A DNA stretch of 64,000 nt from Octopus vulgaris. Taxonomy: Eukaryota. The DNA is taken from NCBI GenBank assembly GCA_951406725.2, contig OX597824.1, positions 31,248,001 to 31,312,000 of the forward strand, given 5' to 3'. This document shows positions 13,042 to 24,052 of this stretch, one piece after another. The notes below the pieces were generated by a model, which saw only the letters and a program-made list of their open reading frames with translations, ran no database searches and was not told where the DNA came from. How positions within the stretch are numbered: position 1 is the stretch's first letter; every line of letters starts with the position of its first letter. The position numbers and the translations under genes are program-made.

Positions 13042-13075
<34 letters not shown>

Positions 13076-13158
13076 TAACAGCGCTGGCGAAGGTGGCGGG
13101 GGAAAGATAGTAGACGCTATTAAACGACGTTATAGAGAGAAATTGAAAGGAAGGGAGG

Positions 13159-13203
<45 letters not shown>

Positions 13204-13455
13204 TTGAGGAAGACAGGCAGATAATAGAATGAGAGGAGACTTGTCAAAGTGTGCGTTTTTCGCCCTAGCAATGACACCTTTTAAGATAGGGATTTCTAAC
13301 GTAGCCCACTCACATCCTCACCTCATTTTGCATGTCTCTGTAAATTTTGGAGCCAATCCGACCCCATCTAGTGCCCCTTAACCCGTTCCAATGCCAAAAT
13401 GAGACAAACTTTTCACATTTCAGAATTATAGATATTGATATATATATCATGTTAC

Positions 13456-13845
13456 AGGTGCAGGAGTGGCTGTGTGGTACACATACATGGTTCTGGGTTC
13501 AGTCCCACTGTGTGGCACCTTGGGCAAGTGTCTTCTACAATAGCCTCGGGCCAACCAAAGCCTTGTGAGTGGATTTGGTATACGGAAACTGAAAGGAGCC
13601 TGTCGTATGTGTGTGTGTGTATATATTTGTGTGTTGGTGTTCCCCACCCCACCATCGCTGGACACCCGATGCTAGTGTGTTTATGTCCCCCGTACCTGAG
13701 CGGTTTAGCAAAAGAGACCGATAGAATAAGTTCTAGGCTAACAAAGAATAAGTTCTGGAGTTGATTTGTTCAACTAAAGGCAGTGCTCCAGCATAGCTGC
13801 AGTCAAATGACTGAAGCAAGTAAAAGAATAAAGGAATAAAAAGAA
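13456..13845 (+). mobile_element. tRNA-derived SINE, family A
   Basis: Full head, (TG)n and tail similarity to the other copies. Confidence 0.85.
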
Positions 13846-14369
13846 TATATTATATCAAAACGATGTGTTATGACACTATTCCACATATACAAAAACAGCC
13901 ATACCAACAATCCAGCATACCTCCATCATCAGCTACACCTCAGATATCATTATGGTTTCGACACCTGGGCAGGACCATTCAATCCGGTGGTGCCAACAGC
14001 ACTGAAATGAGTGTTGTTTGGGAACAAATATACCACAGAAACCATAACTTTCGAACACATTTACTCCATGTACAAAAGTATCAGTAAATAATTTCAATAA
14101 GTAAATCTATAACCAACTCCTAAATATATAACTAAACAGCAACCAAACCTTTAAGTCATACATTTTATACCCTACAGTTTTCCATAGTATAATATAAAAG
14201 TGAAAGCTTTATATTCAATTTTCTCCAAAACAAAATACAATTGAATTTGATTTAAAGAATAATATAATAATTATGAGTGAAATACATCATTTCATAATTC
14301 AAAAGTTAGTAAGTATGTATATATGTAATCCTATGTGTGTGTGTGTGTGTGTGAGTGTATGTATGTATG

Positions 14370-14460
<91 letters not shown>

Positions 14461-14680
14461 GGCCAAAAGTCACCTGACAGTAAATCAAAACCATTTAATT
14501 CCAAGATTTATTTATGTTCAACAACTGAATGAATTTAATAAAAGCATCTAAATATGAAACTTCATGAAAATTGTTCAAGCGGGAGCCCTTCTTGAGCGAC
14601 ACATTTTTACCATTTGAGTCAATACAGAATTACAGGGAGTATTTATAGAATTTTGATTTATTGTTGGGTGAGTTTTGGCA
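14461..14680. mobile_element. MITE-like element with imperfect ~30-bp TIRs
   Basis: gccaaaagtcacctgacagtaaatcaaaa versus ttttgatttattgttgggtgagttttggc; flanked by microsatellites. Confidence 0.45.
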
Positions 14681-14689
14681 AATCCTGTA

Positions 14690-14770
<81 letters not shown>

Positions 14771-14772
<2 letters not shown>

Positions 14773-15023
14773 TGTTATATTTCGGAATGGTCATTTTGCC
14801 TGTTTAGCCAATAAAAACACACGCACTATATATTTGGTGTTACTTTGCTTCAGTGTTATTTATTTTTTACATTAATCTTAATCTTATTTCGGCCATAGTT
14901 CTTTCGTCACACTCCTGTGACCGCATCAGTGGTCCTTTGCTTTCTTCTTACTTATTTGTGTCTCTCCTTACTAACCGTCAGCCACGACTTCACATAAAAA
15001 TCTTGCACAACAAATATTTAAAC

Positions 15024-15025
<2 letters not shown>
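14771..15025 (-). mobile_element. Second copy of the 5041-5490 family, with HHR-like motif at 14891-14935
   Basis: High identity to 5098-5280. The motif reads GGACCA-CTGATGC-GGTCACAGGAGTGTGAC-GAAA-GAAC-TA-TGGCC. Confidence 0.8.
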
Positions 15026-15057
<32 letters not shown>

Positions 15058-15148
15058 ATTGATTGATTGATTGATTGATTCCAGTTTCAGCTTATGAGCT
15101 GTGGCCATGCTGGGGCACCGCCATTTGGTGTTGCTACTTGGTTTCACT

Positions 15149-18108
15149 TCATGGAGGCTTTCTAGCAACTGCTATTTGGTGCATGAGAGAGTTCGATGCA
15201 GCTGCCCTCATCTGCCCCTCCTGCCGTGAAGTTGGTTCATCTGGGACACCTGACAGGAAGAGATCCAGCTCCATTTTAAAGACATCTGTATCCACCCCAT
15301 GCAGGTCTCTCAGGTTCATCGGGAGGATATTGAAGAGCTGTGGGCCTCGGAAGCCCAGGCTATCACAGAATCTTGTCCTACATCTTGATGGCAAGTTTGG
15401 AGTCCTAGGCACCACGCAGTGGCGCCCAGTTCTGGCGTTTGCGTAACTCTCGATGCCAAAGTTCAGGACACTTCCCTCCAGGATCTTCCAGATGTATATT
15501 ATGGCATATCTTTCCCGCCTACGCTCCAGGGAATATAATTTTAATCTCTTGAGTCTTTCCCAGTAGCTTACATTCTGCATAGAGGCTATCTTCTTCGTGT
15601 AGCTTCGTTGGATCGCCTCAAGTTCTGTGATCAACTTGACACTGGATGGTGACCATAGCTGAGAGCAATAGTCAAAGTGACTTAGGACAAGTGTCTTCCA
15701 GAGGACCATCATGGTTTCTTGTTCTCTTGTTCTAAAGGTTCTAAGAATCCAGCCAGCCAGCCGTCTGCATTTCATTGTCAGTTTAGCAACATGTACATGA
15801 AAGGTCGCGTCATCACTCATGTGAATACCCAGGTCACGCACTGATTGTGCCTCTGGGATTGCAATCCCTCCGGGTCCAGTGTATTCCTTGGGTATTGCAT
15901 TCAGTTTTGCATGCTGATAGTATAAAGCTTGAAACTTTTCAGCATTGAACTGCATGCTATTCTTTTCAGCCCACTTGTATATTTCGTCCAGCTCATATTG
16001 CAGGTGCCTAGTGTCTTCAGGGTTCTGTATTGCCTGTGAAACTTTTGTATCATCTGCATAACTTGTGATCGTGGCTCTCCGCGTGGCTGAGGGCATGTCT
16101 GAGAGGGCCATTATGAACAGTAGTGGTCCCAAAACAGTGCCCTGTGGAACACCGCTCACTATTTGCGTGCTAATGGAAGTGGCCCCATTGGCTACTACCA
16201 CCTGACTTCTATTCTTCAGAAAGTCGTGAAGCCATTCTCCTAGTTTTCCAACTATGCCAAGATCACGCAGTTTGTGACATATCATTCCATGATCGACTTT
16301 ATCGAAGGCCTTTGCGAAGTCGAGATATATGACTTCCACATTTGAGTGTTGAGCAGTTGTTTCAGCACCCAGTCATAGTGCTGCAGGAGCTGAGTTAAGC
16401 AGCTTCTTCCTGGTCGGAAACCATGTTGGGTGTCAGGCAGCAAGTCATTTTCTTCAAGGAAGGTGATTAGTTTCCTTCTGACTATTCGTTCCATGACCTT
16501 GCTGATGTGTGAGGTCAGAGAGATAGGTCTGTAGTTCTTGGCCTCCGCTCTGCTACCTCCTTTATGAATAGGGCATATTTTACCTTCCTTCAGTTTTCTT
16601 GGAAGTTTGCCAGCTGCAAGGAAGCTCTGAAAGAGGAACTGCAGTGGTCTTGCTAAGACTCTCTTACATACTTTTAGGAGGATTGCCGGGAATCCATCGG
16701 GGCCAATAGCTGAGTCTATTTTCATTTCATCTATAGCCTTTATTACATCGTCTTCCTTTATATCGATGTAATTTATCGTCGCCGCCTCTGATTCTATATC
16801 TGCAGTGGTAAAAAAGTCAGTTGGATTGCTGATTTGGAAATGCCCAAGGGGTGGAGTGAAAACACTCTTGAATTGTTCATTCAGTATTTCACGTACCCTC
16901 ATTGGTTTTCCTGTGAGTGTGCCATCCTTTTCAAGGAGTGGCCCTATCCTACAGTGCACCGTAGCTGTTTCTTTGGCATACCTGTAGAAAGCTCTGGGGT
17001 TAGTTTTTATGTTGTCTATAGCCCAGGCTTCTTTGTCTGCTCTTTCCTTCTCATGGGAGAGTTGCAGACAATTTTCAATTTCCAACAGTTTTATTTTCAG
17101 GCGGGACTTTTCACTGCTTTCAATTTGTTTGTTTAGGCGATTTGAGATTTTTGTGCGCCGTCTCATTAAAATTTTTCTCTCTCTGGGGATTTTGTTCTTG
17201 TGTACAGTGGCCTTTCTCTCTGGGACACATTTGTAGCATATGGCTTGCATTACGGACATGAATTGTTGAAGTATCATGTCGATGTCCGGCGAGGAGAGAC
17301 ATTCAGGCCAGTTTTGTTTGAGGATCTCTTTCTCAATTTGTTTCCAGTTTGCCTTATTGAAGTTCAAGCTGGAAAGATTCTGAGGGTTTCTTGTAGGCTG
17401 CATGTCCGTGCTCTCTTTTGGCCCGTACATGGTCAGCTCTACCATGTTGTGATCCGAGAGTAGTGTCGGTGTCACTTTCACATTATGGATGAGATCCATA
17501 TTATTTGTGAAGCAGAGATCCAGTGTGTTACCCGCTCTGGTTGGTTGGAGTATTACTTGCTCCATGTGCAGGGTGTTGGTGAGGTTCAGGAGGGACCTCG
17601 CCTGTCCTCGTTCACATCTTGTCATTCCTGGGAGAGAAAGGCCCTCGGGCCATCTGACATTCGGTAGATTGAAGTCTCCCATGAGAAGTACACTTATGTG
17701 TTGTTCTAATGTGGTTAGAACTTCTTCTATTTTTAAAAGGCAGTCCTCAAACTTGCCCATATGACTTGGGGCATCTGGAGGGCAATATGTAGCACACACA
17801 ACTACATCAAGTTGCCTTATGTGTACAATTAGTGTGTCACACACCGAGTTTGAGTATGAAAAAAGGACCTGGGGTGTGAGGTCCACACGGATGTACATAG
17901 CAACTCCTCCATGACTTCTTTCTTTCCTGTCGGTCCGTAGTACAACATACTGAGGTATGTGTAAAACCGCATCTGCTATGTCCGGTTTCAGATGCGTTTC
18001 TGTGAGTGCTATGCATAAGGCTTGATTGCATGCGACAAAGTCTCTCAGGAACGGGACTTTTGTCTTGTTACTGTGTGTTAGTAGTCCTCTGATGTTCAGT
18101 AGGAGCAT
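15149..18108 (-). pseudogene. LINE ORF2: AP-endonuclease + reverse transcriptase, single frameshift near 16345
   Basis: LLNIRGL, ALTETHL, MGDFNLP, NTLDLCF, LSDHN (APE); NYRPISLTS, QHGFRPGRSC, YLDFAKAFDKV, GVPQGTVLGP, YADD, RDLG, ERLKRLKLYSLERRR (CR1-type RT). Confidence 0.95.
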
Positions 18109-18986
18109 CGAGGTGAGGTGTATGCTGTTGCCGGTGGTGTCCACCCTGGGTCCATCTGCTGTGGCGGTCTTGTGAACCGTGGGCAGTTCCATCTGCGAGC
18201 CTGAGCCTGATGGAGCCAGGTTAGCTGCTGTACAATCTTTTGTGCCATGCACAAAAAAGATTCCTGCTCAGCAGCTGCCCTTTCAACAACACGTTGGTGG
18301 TTTGTGGTACGCACCACATCTGCGTACCTCCGTTTTGGGGCCGGTGATGCGTGGTCCATCCCATTTCCTTTCGGTGGTTGGTTTCTGTGGCAGGGTCCCG
18401 GATGTGCAAAGCGGCAGCCTGCACCTTCCTCTCCATGCCGGCAGGCACCTTTCAGGTAGAACCTACATACCCGTCTGCGCTGCTTGTTTCCATCCTTTTT
18501 GGCATATGGACAGTTAGGTTTGCCTCTATCCCTGGCTGCCTTGCCCCTTGGCTTTGTCTGAGTTTTAGCTTCAGTTTTTCCTCTTTTTTTGGCCTCTTCA
18601 TCTCCATGTCCATGGCTTTTGGTGCCGGTAGGAGCATCCGTACCTGGGTTCACCTCCCGGGCAGGCCTCTCGTTGGAGTTTTCTTCCTGGGCGTCCACCA
18701 GGTGGGGGTGACCCTCCTCATCTGCGCCCGCGTCTCCATCCTTGCCATCTTTACTTTGTTCGCGTTTTTCGCTGTTAAAAATGGCATCCAGTGTGTTTAT
18801 GTGCGATCTGACAAGTGCGTATGAGCGTACGAATTCTTGCCTCTTCCGCTCTATTTGTGCTGACGTCCTTTTGAATCCTTTGTTCCTTAGTGCTGCCGCA
18901 ATTATGTTACTTGGACTTTCTCCGTCAGCGCATTGCCATCCTCGCAGGAACCACGCCAGTTCATCACGTTTCCAAGCTCTGGACAT
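18096..18986 (-). CDS. LINE ORF1: Myb/SANT-like trihelix N-terminus + CCCH zinc finger
   Basis: Intact 296-aa ORF overlapping the start of ORF2. Motifs: W..DE...F...W...IAAAL...GFKRTSAQIERK...Y and CRFYLKGACRHGEEGAGCRFAH. Confidence 0.8.
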   Translation of the reverse strand: MSRAWKRDELAWFLRGWQCADGESPSNIIAAALRNKGFKRTSAQIERKRQEFVRSYALVRSHINTLDAIFNSEKREQSKDGKDGDAGADEEGHPHLVDAQEENSNERPAREVNPGTDAPTGTKSHGHGDEEAKKRGKTEAKTQTKPRGKAARDRGKPNCPYAKKDGNKQRRRVCRFYLKGACRHGEEGAGCRFAHPGPCHRNQPPKGNGMDHASPAPKRRYADVVRTTNHQRVVERAAAEQESFLCMAQKIVQQLTWLHQAQARRWNCPRFTRPPQQMDPGWTPPATAYTSPRCSY

Positions 18987-18992
18987 TCTTGA

Positions 18993-19290
18993 TATATTAT
19001 CTATCTATCTAATTATGTTAAGTTATATTAATCCAATAGTAGGGGGGTAATAGAGAAAGAGAGCGTCTATGTACTTAAGGAGAGATTGGGAGCCAAGAGA
19101 AGAGAGCAAGAGAGAAGAGGAAGAGGAGAGATATTTTGTCTATCTATCTATCTATCTAATTATATTAAGTTATATTAATCCAATAGTGCAATAGGGGGGT
19201 AGGGGGTAATAGAGAAAGAGAGCGTCCATGCACTTAAGGAGAGATTGGGAGCCAAGAGAAGAGAGCAAGAGAGAAGAGGAAGAGGAGATA
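18993..19290. repeat. Tandem duplication in the LINE 5' region (~18993-19130 and ~19145-19290)
   Basis: tatctatctaattat.ttaagttatattaatccaatagt...gaagaggaagaggaga occurs twice. Confidence 0.85.
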
Positions 19291-19947
19291 CTGAGTGCTG
19301 AAGGAAGATAGAGAAAGCCTCTATGCCCTCAGAGAGAGATTGAGAGCTGAGAGAGGAGAGCTGAGACAGACAGAGAAGCGCAAGGGAGAGAACCGAAGAG
19401 ACAGACAGAGAGATTTGAAGAGACAGACAGAATTCTAAACGAAGCTATTGGGCCAAGGAGGGGCGCAAGGGAGAGAACTGTAGAGACTGACAGAGAAGCG
19501 CAAGGGGGGGAACTAAAGAGACAGACAGAGAAGGGCAAGGGAGAGAACTGAAGGGACAGATAGAATTCTAAACGAAGCTATTGGGACATACACATGTATA
19601 CACACACACACACATACACACATGTACACACGTGTGCACATGCACATATATAGACAAGAGTAACAAGTGAGTATATAAAGAAACAATAATAATAATGAAA
19701 CATATATAAACATATATTACAAAACATATATAAACATATATTACAAAAGTAATAATAGTAAGAAATTATAAGACAATAATAATAATAAAAATAAAAATAA
19801 AACAGCTGAAAGAAAACAGGCCAGGAGGTTTTACAGAGTTTATATATATATATGTAGTATATACATACACATATATATATATAACACACACACATATATA
19901 CACACACATATATTTAACAAGTGATAATAATAATAGATAATAAAATA

Positions 19948-19996
<49 letters not shown>

Positions 19997-20772
19997 TAAA
20001 TAATAATAATAAAAACAGCTGAAAGAAAACAAGCCAAGAGATTTTACAGAGTTTGTACATATACATATAATATATACACACACATACATATACAATACAT
20101 ATACACACACATATATATCTAAGCAGAGGAAAAGAGAAAAGGGAATATATACATTTGTCCGCCGCAACAGACAAATTCTTCTATAATAAAACTAATTGCG
20201 ACTATACTTCTAATAATAATAATAATAAAACAGCTGAAAGAAAACACGCCAGGAGGTTTACAGTTTAAGCAAAGAAAAAAAAAAAGAAATGGCAATATAT
20301 ATTTATTTCGCTACAGACAATGTCTCTTAAGATAAACTACAATACGATTCTACTACTAACACACACACACATGCATGTATATATAGATATATACGCACAT
20401 GTACGCATATACATATATAAACAGAGTAACAGGTAATTTATAGATAATAGATATAACGAAATTAACAGTAACAAGAATTTGTGATACGTTTTTGCGAGGA
20501 TATAAACAGGAATTTGGGTACTTATCGACTGGAAATAAATTTAGAAGATTCCACGTGCGTTTCGGCAGAAAGAGATCTTTGTGTCAAAACTTGACTTGTG
20601 GCAGAAATATATTGCGATTTTTAAGCAAATATCCAGGTACGCGTCTATAAAGTAACAATTTCTACGTTTTGTGAGTGATTTGCCAAGTTATTTCGTCGAT
20701 TTTATGCAGCCCTTCTTGTTTTTTTTTTATCGCAGAGCGAGACAGCACGTGTTTACTCTACGAAAGCCGGAA

Positions 20773-20846
<74 letters not shown>

Positions 20847-20851
20847 GTACA

Positions 20852-21007
20852 TATCATCATCATTTCCCATCCATTTTCGGACGGTTTGGCTTAGATCTGG
20901 AGTGCTACAGCTGCACCAGTTTCCAGTCTGATCTGGCACTGTTTCTACAGCTGGATGCCCTTCCTAACGCCAACCACAATGAGAGTGTAGTGGGTACTTT
21001 TTACATG

Positions 21008-21008
<1 letters not shown>
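20852..21008 (-). mobile_element. RTE-type 3' end fragment
   Basis: ctggatgcccttcctaacgccaaccac motif with a (CAT)n remnant. Confidence 0.7.
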
Positions 21009-21046
<38 letters not shown>

Positions 21047-21047
<1 letters not shown>

Positions 21048-21434
21048 CTGTGATACCAGTGCCGGTGGCACGTAAGAGAACCATCCGAACGTGGCGTTGC
21101 CAGCGCCGCCCCGACTGGCCTCGTGTCGGTGGCACGTAAAAAGCACCATCCGTTCGTGACTGTTGCCAGCCTCTCCAGGCCCCCGTGCCGGTGGCACGTA
21201 AAAATCTCCATCCGATCGTGGCCGTTTGCCAGACTCGTCTGGCACCTGTGCCGGTGGCACGTAAAAAGCACCCACTACACTCACGGAGTGGTTGGCGTTA
21301 GGAAGGGCATCCAGCCGTAGAAACATTGCCAGATCAGACTGGGCCTGGTGCAGCCTTCTGGCTTCCCAGACCCCAGTTGAACCGTCCAACCCATGCTAGC
21401 ATGGAAAGTGGACACTAAACGATGATGATGATGA
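21047..21434 (+). mobile_element. RTE-type 3' UTR with four ~63-bp hairpin units
   Basis: GTGCCGGTGGCACGTAA occurs at ~21059, 21123, 21185 and 21248, followed by the standard tail and (GAT)n. Confidence 0.85.
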
Positions 21435-21494
21435 TATATATATATATATATATGATATTTTTTATATAAGCCTAAAGCTCATGACAATCACCAT

Positions 21495-21644
21495 GCAATG
21501 ACCAAGGAAAACAGTTCTGTAAAAGGGCACACTAGCCCTCGAGAGGAAAAGAAGGCCTTCCTACCCATATGAGATAGGAAAGCCCTCCTTCTTCTGTCAA
21601 GGGCCCACACGCCCTTTCACTAAACTACCCTCCTCAGTCATTGC
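21495..21644 (-). other. Long hairpin resembling a decayed HHR (GAAA/stem III lost)
   Basis: GCAATGA-CTGAGGA...TCATTGC closes a ~125-nt nested stem (gtgaaagggc/gcccttttac, ttccta/taggaa). Confidence 0.35.
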
Positions 21645-21756
21645 ACAGTGATCGTCATAAGCCTCAAGACTATATTAAAAAATACCATTATTATTATTTG
21701 CAGGATTCTAAAGTAGGCACAATTAAAAAACAAAACATTCACATTGAAATGTGTAA

Positions 21757-21819
<63 letters not shown>

Positions 21820-22001
21820 TGTGCGTGCGTGTGTGTGTGTGCATGTGTGTGTGTGTGCGCACATGTGTGTGTGTATATATGTATGTATATATATATATGT
21901 ATGTATGTATGTATATATGTATGTATATACATATATATATGATGGGCTTCTTGAGAAAAATTATATTAATGTGTCCTACTGGTTAAAATTCTATTTATTT
22001 G

Positions 22002-22073
22002 TGCAGCTGAAGATGGTACTGCATTTAAATTGATGTTCAATTAAATGGAGCCGCTTGAAATGGTCTTACTGCA
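22002..22073 (+). ncRNA. Degenerate type I hammerhead
   Basis: TGCAG-CTGAAGA-[hairpin catttaa/ttaaatg, attga/tcaat]-GAAA-TGGTCT-TA-CTGCA; stem III mismatched. Confidence 0.5.
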
Positions 22074-22159
22074 TCACCACTTGATATCCTGTCGCTTATT
22101 TTGATTATATATATATGTGTGTGTGTGTATGTGAGGTGTGTGTGTGTATGTACGTATAT

Positions 22160-22372
22160 AATATTTTATAATTATATACATAATTATAACAAGAGATCGG
22201 CTTTATGCCGCATCACACACTGCAAGAGATAAACGCTAAAGCCCCTATTACCACCTTAAAATCTCCAAGACTTTAAAGTGGTAATAGGGGCTTTAGTGTC
22301 TATCTCTTGCAATGCATGGTGAGGCATAAAGCCAATTCCTTTTTATAATTATGTATATAATTATAAAATATT
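22160..22372. repeat. ~210-bp imperfect palindrome (fold-back element)
   Basis: aatattttataattatatacataattataa...ctaaagcccctattaccac / gtggtaataggggctttag...ttataattatgtatataattataaaatatt. Confidence 0.9.
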
Positions 22373-22496
22373 TGGTAAAATTTACCTACGTGGTCTTTAT
22401 TTCCGCACTGACCACCTGGTAAGATTATTACCCTTTAGTTCATACACACACATACACACACACACACTTTACTGAAAAGCAGCAAAAATATCACAA

Positions 22497-22546
22497 AAAC
22501 TGTTACTCAGAATTTCACGTTCCCGCTCCTGTTCGTCGGACAGTTT
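22497..22546 (-). ncRNA. Type I hammerhead-like motif (CCGACGA core)
   Basis: AAACTGT-CCGACGA-AC...GT-GAAA-TTCTGA-GTA-ACAGTTT: 7-bp stem I, GUA triplet, U4-to-C change. Confidence 0.6.
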
Positions 22547-22819
22547 AGTTTAGAATGGAGCAAGATACAGTTATATGCAGAAATACAATTACTTTGATAG
22601 ATACACATTTGAAAATGGTTTTGTTTCATTGGTCCTTTCAGCTAATGGTCTTTACAATAACCGGTTGCATGAAATAACAATTGCAATTTAAAATCATATT
22701 ATTATAAAAATCAAAGAAAACCTTAAATCAAAAATGGCTTATGTAGAAGGGAAAAGGCCTGGATATCCAAGGTAAATAATTAGTTGTAAAACTAATGATA
22801 AATTAAAAGATATATATTT

Positions 22820-22951
22820 TTTTACTACCCACAAGGGGCTAAACATAGAGTGGTCAAACAAGGACAGACAAAGGGATTAAGTCGATTACATTGACCCCAG
22901 TGCGAAACTTGTACTTTATTTATCGACCCCGAAAGGATGAAAGGCAAAGTA
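22820..22951 (-). mobile_element. SINE family B, 3' part
   Basis: Matches 41836-41975 (cccacaaggggctaaaca...tcgaccccgaaaggatgaaaggcaaagt). Confidence 0.8.
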
Positions 22952-23661
22952 AAATTAGTGTTCATTTGAGGAAATATTGAAGCAGCTTGCTCCAGAGAAA
23001 ATAATGGATTTTTTGAAAACAAACGGCATCATTGTGTCAAGTAAAACGTGTGTTTACACACACAATATGAAAGAACATTTTAATTTCACTTTGTCACAGT
23101 ATTTCTTTATTAATTTTACTAATTTTTTTCAAAAGAGTTCGCAGTTTTTCTGCGCTTATATTTTTGTAACATTTAAAAAAAAAAAAAAAACAATTTCAAT
23201 TTCATTTTGTCATATTACTGCGGGAAATTACTCTGAAAAAATATTTGTAGAAACGTGAGTAGATTGATTACATATTTCTTTCATTATGTCATTGCAGTTT
23301 TGTGAGATTTGGCTGTTATTTTTAGCATGTGAATAGCCTGCTTGAAGGCCAAGGCCGTAGAATCGTGAGAGGAGGTGGTTGGGGTAATTTTATTTATTTA
23401 TTTTTTTTTTGAAAAATTGAAATTTTACTAACAATTTTTTTTCAGAATCATAATCTCCGTATTTTTGTATGTATTTCTCAAAAACAAATTCCCGGAAAAA
23501 GCGAAAAATGAAGAAATGGGGGAAACTGAAATTTTGAAGTTGCGATTTTGGAAAAATTTTTTAGCTGTAAAAAAAAAAAAATTAAAGCGGGGATGAGTTC
23601 GTTTACGTGTGTACCGAAAATATTAACAGTTTTGATGATGAACCTCATCTTATCAAATATT

Positions 23662-24052
23662 CTCTTTTACTTGTTTCAGTCATTTGACTGCAGCCATGCT
23701 GGAGCACCGCCTTTAGTCGAACAAATCGACCCCAGGACTTATTCTTTGTAAGCCTAGTACTTATGCTATCGGTCTCTTTTGCCGAACCGCTAGTTACGGG
23801 GACGTAAACACACCGCCATCGGTTGTCAAGCTATGTTGGGGGGACAAACACAGACACACAAACACACACATATATATATACATATATACGACAGGCTTCT
23901 TTCAGTTTCCGTCTACCAAATCCACTCACAAGGCTTTGGTCGGCTCGAGGCTATAGTAGAAAACACTTGCCCAAGGTGCCACGCAGTGGGACTGAACCCG
24001 GAACCATGTGGTTGGTAAGCAAACTACTTACCACACAGTTACTCCTGCGCCT
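23662..24052 (-). mobile_element. tRNA-derived SINE, family A (full length)
   Basis: Reverse complement of the 57839-58240 copy. Confidence 0.9.

Larger units (their letters stand above)
10101..13432 (-). mobile_element. Non-autonomous Helitron-like element hosting a HERO LINE
   Basis: Minus strand starts TCTATA (13432) and ends with hairpin ACCTGC/GCGGGT (10114-10132) followed by CTAG (10101-04). It sits between A and T in (TA)n with no TSD. Confidence 0.6.
15055..20773 (-). mobile_element. Apparently full-length CR1-group LINE inserted in (TA)n
   Basis: ORF1 + ORF2 (APE-RT), (ATCA)n 3' tail at 15055-15080, and a long repeat-rich 5' region ending at ACTTCCGG next to (TA)n. The 5' boundary is inferred. 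Confidence 0.75.

Noticed and set aside
21055-21275. CRISPR-like repeat-spacer appearance
   Set aside because: The spacers are homologous to each other, the context is a eukaryotic LINE 3' UTR, and there are no cas genes.
22952-23630. Possible Merlin/ISXO2-like transposon remnant (IMDFLKTNGII..KTC..HNMK)
   Set aside because: Only vague N-terminal resemblance; no paired TIRs or catalytic motifs found.
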